A DNA stretch of 64,000 nt from a virus, in the IMG/VR virus record IMGVR_UViG_3300047408_000076, positions 1,071 through 65,070 of that record; one strand, written 5' to 3'. The notes beneath the pieces were generated by a model that was not told the origin of the DNA, did not search any database, and saw only the letters and a list, made by a program, of their open reading frames with translations. This document shows positions 59,728 through 64,000 of this stretch, piece by piece; position 1 is the stretch's first letter; each line of letters begins with the position of its first letter. The translations under genes and the position numbers were made by a program.

Positions 59728-62708
59728 CCGACATCAAAGACAACATCGTCCCATTGCCTGGGCAAGGCGGTCAGGTGCAATGGGACGACAGCTACGTCAA
59801 CTTGCTGGCGGGCCTTGGCGTGCCGGGTCGCGACAAGTTCGCGTCGCAAGCTTACGCCCTCAAGCTGATGTCGATCCAGGATTTGGAGTTCGCCTATCGC
59901 GGCGACTGGATTGCGCGCAAGGCGGTGACGATTCCGGCCTGGGATATGACGCGGGAATGGCGGCAATGGGAGGCCGACCAGGATCAAGTCACGCTGCTGG
60001 AGGCGTTGGAGAAGAGCCTATTCATCCAGCAGAAGGTGCAGCAGGCGCTGATCAAGGCGCGGCTCTACGGCGGTGCGGCGATCATCATCGGCGTCGACGC
60101 GGGTGACCCGGAAGAAGAGCTTGATCTCGATCTGGTGACTAAAGACTCGCTCAAGTTCCTGCATGTCGTGTCGAAGAATCAGGTCACCGTTGGGCCGGTC
60201 ATTTACGACATATCTTCGAAGTATTTCGGAGAGCCGGAATACTACATGGCGAACAACATTCCGGTGGACAAAAGCTTTTCGCAAGAGTCCAGCGCCGGCA
60301 CGCTGTTCGGCAACAAGCAGCAAGTGAAGCTGCATCCATCGCGCGTGGTCAAGCTGATCGGCATGGATACGGCCGACCAAATGCTCAGTCAGGTCTGGGG
60401 CGACAGCGTTCTGCAAGCGATCGACGATTCGATCAAGATGTGCGGGTTGGTGACGGGATCGTTGGCCACGCTCGTGGCCGAGATGAAGATCGACATCATC
60501 CAAGTTCCTGAGCTGAAGAGCATTCTTTCCACGAAAGCCGGTACTGCGAAAATGCAGGAGCGTTTTGCGGCCGCAAACGCCATGAAAAGCGTGATCAACA
60601 CGCTGGTGATCGACGGTAACGAGAAATGGCAGCGTGTTACGGCCTCGCTCAACGGCTTCGACCAGATCGTGGTGACCTATTTGCAGATCGCGGCGGGCGC
60701 GGTCGACATTCCGGCCGGTCGGTTCCTGGGACTGCCGCATCGCGGCTTGAACGTGACCGGCGAGGCTGATTTCAGGAACTACTACGACCGGCTGGCCTCC
60801 GAGCAGGAAGTCACGCTGACGCCAGCGATGACGCCGCTCGATGAGGTGATCATTCGCTCGGCGCTGGGCGAGCGGCCACCGGAAATCTGGTATGAGTGGC
60901 GCTCGCTCTGGCAATTGAGCGACGGCGACAAGGCCGACATCGCGCTGAAGAAGGCGCAGACGTATCAGATCGATGTGAACGCGGCGCAGATTCCGCCGGT
61001 AGCTCTGGCCAATGCGCGCGCCAACCAGCTTATCGAGGATGGGTTCTATCCGGGCTTGGAAAAGGCGCTCGACGACGCGGCGAGCGAAGGCGACACCATC
61101 GAGGAGCAGAACGCGCCTGCGCCACCTCCGCCGCAACTGGCTCCGTTCATGGGGCAGCCCGATCCGAACAAGCCGCCTGATCCCAATGCGCCGCCAAATC
61201 CGCCACCGCCTCCGCCTTCGAATGTGAGGCCGTTCCCGCCGAAGCCGTTCCCGCCGAAGTCGACCGGGTTGCCGCGCCGTGGAGCGGTTGCTGGCGCTGA
61301 CAGCGCGATCGAGGACGAGGGCGGCGGCAATCCCAATCATGATCCAGCCACAGGCAGATTCACGACCGGCTCGGGCTCTGGTGGTGGCATTCCCAAGCTT
61401 TCAGGGCCGCGTGGGGTGAGGGCGAACGTCAAGCACTACGTTGAGCGCGGGAAGAATGCGGCGATTCGCGGCGCGCGGCTTGCGCTCCATGAGGCTGGCC
61501 AGGGCATCAAGGGCGTCACGCATGGCGCGTACAAGGCGGCGCAAGAGGAGGCAGCCGTCGAGGGCGTCAGGCGCGGGCTTGGGAAAATTGTTGGGCAGAA
61601 GAAGACGGCTGCTGCCGTCGCGAAGGTTCGCGAGGAGTTTGCGAGGGCGGCGGGGGAGATGGGCGTCGCCGAGCACGTCGGCCATGTTGCTATGAAGGGT
61701 GTCATTCGCGCGCTGAAGGCGCACCACGCTTCGGAGCAGGCGAAGACACATGCTGAGAATGTTCAGAGGCATACGACTACGCCTCGTTTACCCCCACCCG
61801 AAAAGATGAGCCCGATCCGCCTGCATCATTACCCGTCAGGCGACAGCGATCCCATGCCGGTTGATCCGACTATAGCTATGCCTGACCCGAACGGGCCGAC
61901 TTACGAAGAGCTTGATCAAGCGCTGCAACAGCTTTCCGACATTCTCGATCTGATCATGGCCGAGTATCAGGGCAACGAGCCTTCGCCAGACAACCCTTTC
62001 GGCGATTTCAACCAGAACCACGGTCCTGACGGCAAGTTCTCAAGCGGCGAAGGTGGTGGCTCGGGCGGAGGCAAAAAGAAGAAGGAATCAGGCGGCGGCG
62101 GTGGTGGCGGCGAATCCAAGCCGGCTGAGGGTGGAGCGAAGCCGAGCGAAGGCAAGCAGCCCACCGCGCCGGCCGCGAAGACCGCTCCTGCCAAGCCAGA
62201 GAAGGGCGCTGGTAAGGGTGCCACCAAGCCGGCAGCCAAGGCGGCCCCGGCTGCGAAAGCCACTGGAAAGCCCAAAGCGGCAGGCTCGAAGGCAGCTAAA
62301 CCGACATCGAAGGCAGTGAAGCCCGCCAAGGCCGCCAAGGCCGCGCCCGCGAAGCCCGCCAAGGCGGCAGCACCCGCGAAGGCCGCGAAGCCAGCCAAGG
62401 CCGCGAAGCCAGCCAAGGCTACGTCCGCGAAACCCACCAAGGCCGCGAAGCCCAAGAAGCCAGCGAAGCCCGCCAAAGCTCCCAAAGGGAAGATGGAGAA
62501 GAAGCCGAAAGAATCGAAAGGTCCGCACGGCCACTCGACGGCGAAGCATAAACCGGCCCCAAAGGGCAAGGCGGCGAAGGCACCGGCAGCGAAGGCTCCG
62601 AAATCGACCAAGCCGATTAACGTGGCGAATCTTCCAGCACAACGGCCCGCGTCCATAAGTCCATCGCAGTGGGCAGAACTCCAGGCGTATCGCAAGCAGC
62701 TTGAATGA
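59724..62708 (+). CDS. Portal protein (DUF1073-type) with ~500-aa C-terminal extension
   Basis: YRGDWIARKAV.IPAWDMTREW, ARLYGGAAI, HPSRV, WGDSVLQ, DIP..RFLG...GLN.TGE.D.RNYYD; then Pro-rich linker, NPxH..GRF motifs and an Ala/Lys/Pro tail. Confidence 0.85.
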   Translation: MTDIKDNIVPLPGQGGQVQWDDSYVNLLAGLGVPGRDKFASQAYALKLMSIQDLEFAYRGDWIARKAVTIPAWDMTREWRQWEADQDQVTLLEALEKSLFIQQKVQQALIKARLYGGAAIIIGVDAGDPEEELDLDLVTKDSLKFLHVVSKNQVTVGPVIYDISSKYFGEPEYYMANNIPVDKSFSQESSAGTLFGNKQQVKLHPSRVVKLIGMDTADQMLSQVWGDSVLQAIDDSIKMCGLVTGSLATLVAEMKIDIIQVPELKSILSTKAGTAKMQERFAAANAMKSVINTLVIDGNEKWQRVTASLNGFDQIVVTYLQIAAGAVDIPAGRFLGLPHRGLNVTGEADFRNYYDRLASEQEVTLTPAMTPLDEVIIRSALGERPPEIWYEWRSLWQLSDGDKADIALKKAQTYQIDVNAAQIPPVALANARANQLIEDGFYPGLEKALDDAASEGDTIEEQNAPAPPPPQLAPFMGQPDPNKPPDPNAPPNPPPPPPSNVRPFPPKPFPPKSTGLPRRGAVAGADSAIEDEGGGNPNHDPATGRFTTGSGSGGGIPKLSGPRGVRANVKHYVERGKNAAIRGARLALHEAGQGIKGVTHGAYKAAQEEAAVEGVRRGLGKIVGQKKTAAAVAKVREEFARAAGEMGVAEHVGHVAMKGVIRALKAHHASEQAKTHAENVQRHTTTPRLPPPEKMSPIRLHHYPSGDSDPMPVDPTIAMPDPNGPTYEELDQALQQLSDILDLIMAEYQGNEPSPDNPFGDFNQNHGPDGKFSSGEGGGSGGGKKKKESGGGGGGGESKPAEGGAKPSEGKQPTAPAAKTAPAKPEKGAGKGATKPAAKAAPAAKATGKPKAAGSKAAKPTSKAVKPAKAAKAAPAKPAKAAAPAKAAKPAKAAKPAKATSAKPTKAAKPKKPAKPAKAPKGKMEKKPKESKGPHGHSTAKHKPAPKGKAAKAPAAKAPKSTKPINVANLPAQRPASISPSQWAELQAYRKQLE

Positions 62709-64000
62709 GCGATCCGACGGGCACGGCTGGACTTCGCCGCTCATTCCTCGCTGAGGGCAATCGGCGACTCGGGCAGCTTCGCTCGCAGACGCATACGATT
62801 CTGGTCGAGCGCGACCTCATGGCCGCGAAAAACGACCCCTTGGCGCAGCTAATGCCGAATCCGGGCCACAGGCTTTCTGCTTTCACTGGATGGTTCGAGC
62901 GCACGGCGACGGCGCTGTTGGTAGGCGAGGATTGGTGGTCGCGCTTCCTGGCGCGCGCGCAGGAATCGGGAACCAGGGCGAGCGCGGCTTTGATTGGAGT
63001 GTCGCCGCACGGTCAAGTGCCGGTGCCTGCCGTCTATCGCGAGATGGTTCAGCGCGAGTTCGAGGGCATTGCAGCGGCGATGGTGCAGCAAGTCTCGCGG
63101 CAGGCGGGCAATGCGGCAATCGCGGGGAACAAGCCTCTGCCAATGTATCGTGCAGTGCTCAGCGTTCTGCGTAAGGTTGGTGAAGCTCGTGTGAGGGCGA
63201 CGGTCAACACGACCACGGTGCAACTGCACAATGCGGCGCGGCTCATGCAGTACCGTGCGGCCGGCATCGCGCAAGTTGGTATCGTTCCTGAAATTCCTGA
63301 GCCGGCGCGGTCATCGCCGTTCGGTGCGCGGCGAACGTCACACGATGCGAATCCCTATCACGATCCGCATGGGCGATTCACGACGGGCGGAGGCGCTGGA
63401 GGGAGCGGAGGCGAAGGTGGCGCTGCGGCGGTAACCAAGACGCCAGCCTTCAAGAACTGGTTCGGTAAGAGCAAGGTCGTCAATCCTGATGGCTCGCCGC
63501 GCACTGTCTATCACGGCACGACGACGCCAGAGGACTTCCACCACTTCTCGGTCGGCGAGCCGGTGGAAGACCCGACCGGCGAGTATCACCGGAGCGGTAG
63601 CGGCTCCGACCCACGCACGTTTCTCGGCAGTCATTTTGCGCAGGAGCCGCATGTCGCCAATAAGTTCGCCCAAGGGCTCTATGGCGAGCGCGCTGGTCGA
63701 TCTGAGGGTGGTCGCGTGCTGCCGGTCCATTTGCGTGTCGAGAATCCGCACGTCTCAAGCGACAGCAAGATGCTAAACGAAATGATGCGAGGCAATTACA
63801 ATCACCATGACATTGACGCTGCGCTTGATGAGCATGGTGACATCGAAGAAACCGGACCAAAGTACGACAGCGACCCGAATTATCGCGAGGAAATCAATCA
63901 AAGAGCGATTGATATGGGTCAGCAGGCCGACGAGCCTGATCACAGCTTGGCGCAGGAAATGGCGCAGCAGTATCGCCAGAAGCTTCAGGAAAAAGGTCAC
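62705..64000 (+). CDS. MuF-like head morphogenesis protein fused to an ADP-ribosyltransferase-like (ART-PolyVal-type) domain, 3' truncated
   Basis: Not in the ORF track (no stop in window). Hand translation: MSDPTGTAGLRRSF...DANPYHDPHGRFTTGGG...TPAFKNWFGKSKVVNPDGSPRTVYHGT...SHFAQEP.VA..FA...VLPVHLRVENP. Confidence 0.75.
   Translation, partial: MSDPTGTAGLRRSFLAEGNRRLGQLRSQTHTILVERDLMAAKNDPLAQLMPNPGHRLSAFTGWFERTATALLVGEDWWSRFLARAQESGTRASAALIGVSPHGQVPVPAVYREMVQREFEGIAAAMVQQVSRQAGNAAIAGNKPLPMYRAVLSVLRKVGEARVRATVNTTTVQLHNAARLMQYRAAGIAQVGIVPEIPEPARSSPFGARRTSHDANPYHDPHGRFTTGGGAGGSGGEGGAAAVTKTPAFKNWFGKSKVVNPDGSPRTVYHGTTTPEDFHHFSVGEPVEDPTGEYHRSGSGSDPRTFLGSHFAQEPHVANKFAQGLYGERAGRSEGGRVLPVHLRVENPHVSSDSKMLNEMMRGNYNHHDIDAALDEHGDIEETGPKYDSDPNYREEINQRAIDMGQQADEPDHSLAQEMAQQYRQKLQEKGH

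Noticed and set aside
59724-61100. Anti-CBASS Acb1 phosphodiesterase label for the DUF1073-type protein
   Set aside because: No paired HxT/S 2H-phosphoesterase motifs recognised; motifs and position before MuF indicate a portal.
60018-61340. Long antisense ORFs (also 19699-20784 and 61967-62744)
   Set aside because: Shadows of strongly biased + strand genes; no independent coding signal.
1-64000. tRNA/tmRNA genes, integrase/att site, DNA polymerase, major capsid gene
   Set aside because: None recognised by eye; they may lie outside the window, so lifestyle (temperate or lytic) is not called.

Overview
A 64-kb internal segment of a tailed dsDNA phage or prophage genome (siphovirus-like: tail tube genes, frameshifted tail chaperone, 1713-aa tape measure). 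Almost all genes are on the + strand. The host is inferred to be an alphaproteobacterium, probably Rhizobiales (VPLPA-CTERM-type cargo gene, GapR-like gene, clustered GANTC sites). Layout: (1) 1-21.8 kb neck, tail and receptor-binding genes, including five SPRY/B30.2-like domains. (2) 21.9-24.1 kb accessory genes. (3) 24.1-29 kb a compositionally distinct module: MoxR-type AAA ATPase, small membrane protein, DUF3150-like protein and HExxH-metallopeptidase/vWA protein. It is bracketed by strand-biased G-run tracts, is GANTC-rich and CAG/CTG/GATC-poor, and has a ~100-nt structured leader repeated before each large gene. (4) 29-49.6 kb early/middle genes: HTH, helicase, RecE/RecT-like pair, adenine methyltransferase, RusA, NusG paralog, with a GANTC cluster at a candidate origin. 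(5) 49.8-64 kb late genes: TerS-like, Tad2-like and Acb2/Tad1-like anti-defence sponge candidates, intein-containing TerL, lysis/collagen cassette, a portal with a ~500-aa extension, and a MuF-like protein running off the window into an ADP-ribosyltransferase-like domain. No integrase, DNA polymerase, major capsid gene, tRNA, CRISPR array or reverse transcriptase was recognised in the window. All family assignments are motif recognition by eye and all motif counts are hand counts; no searches were run.
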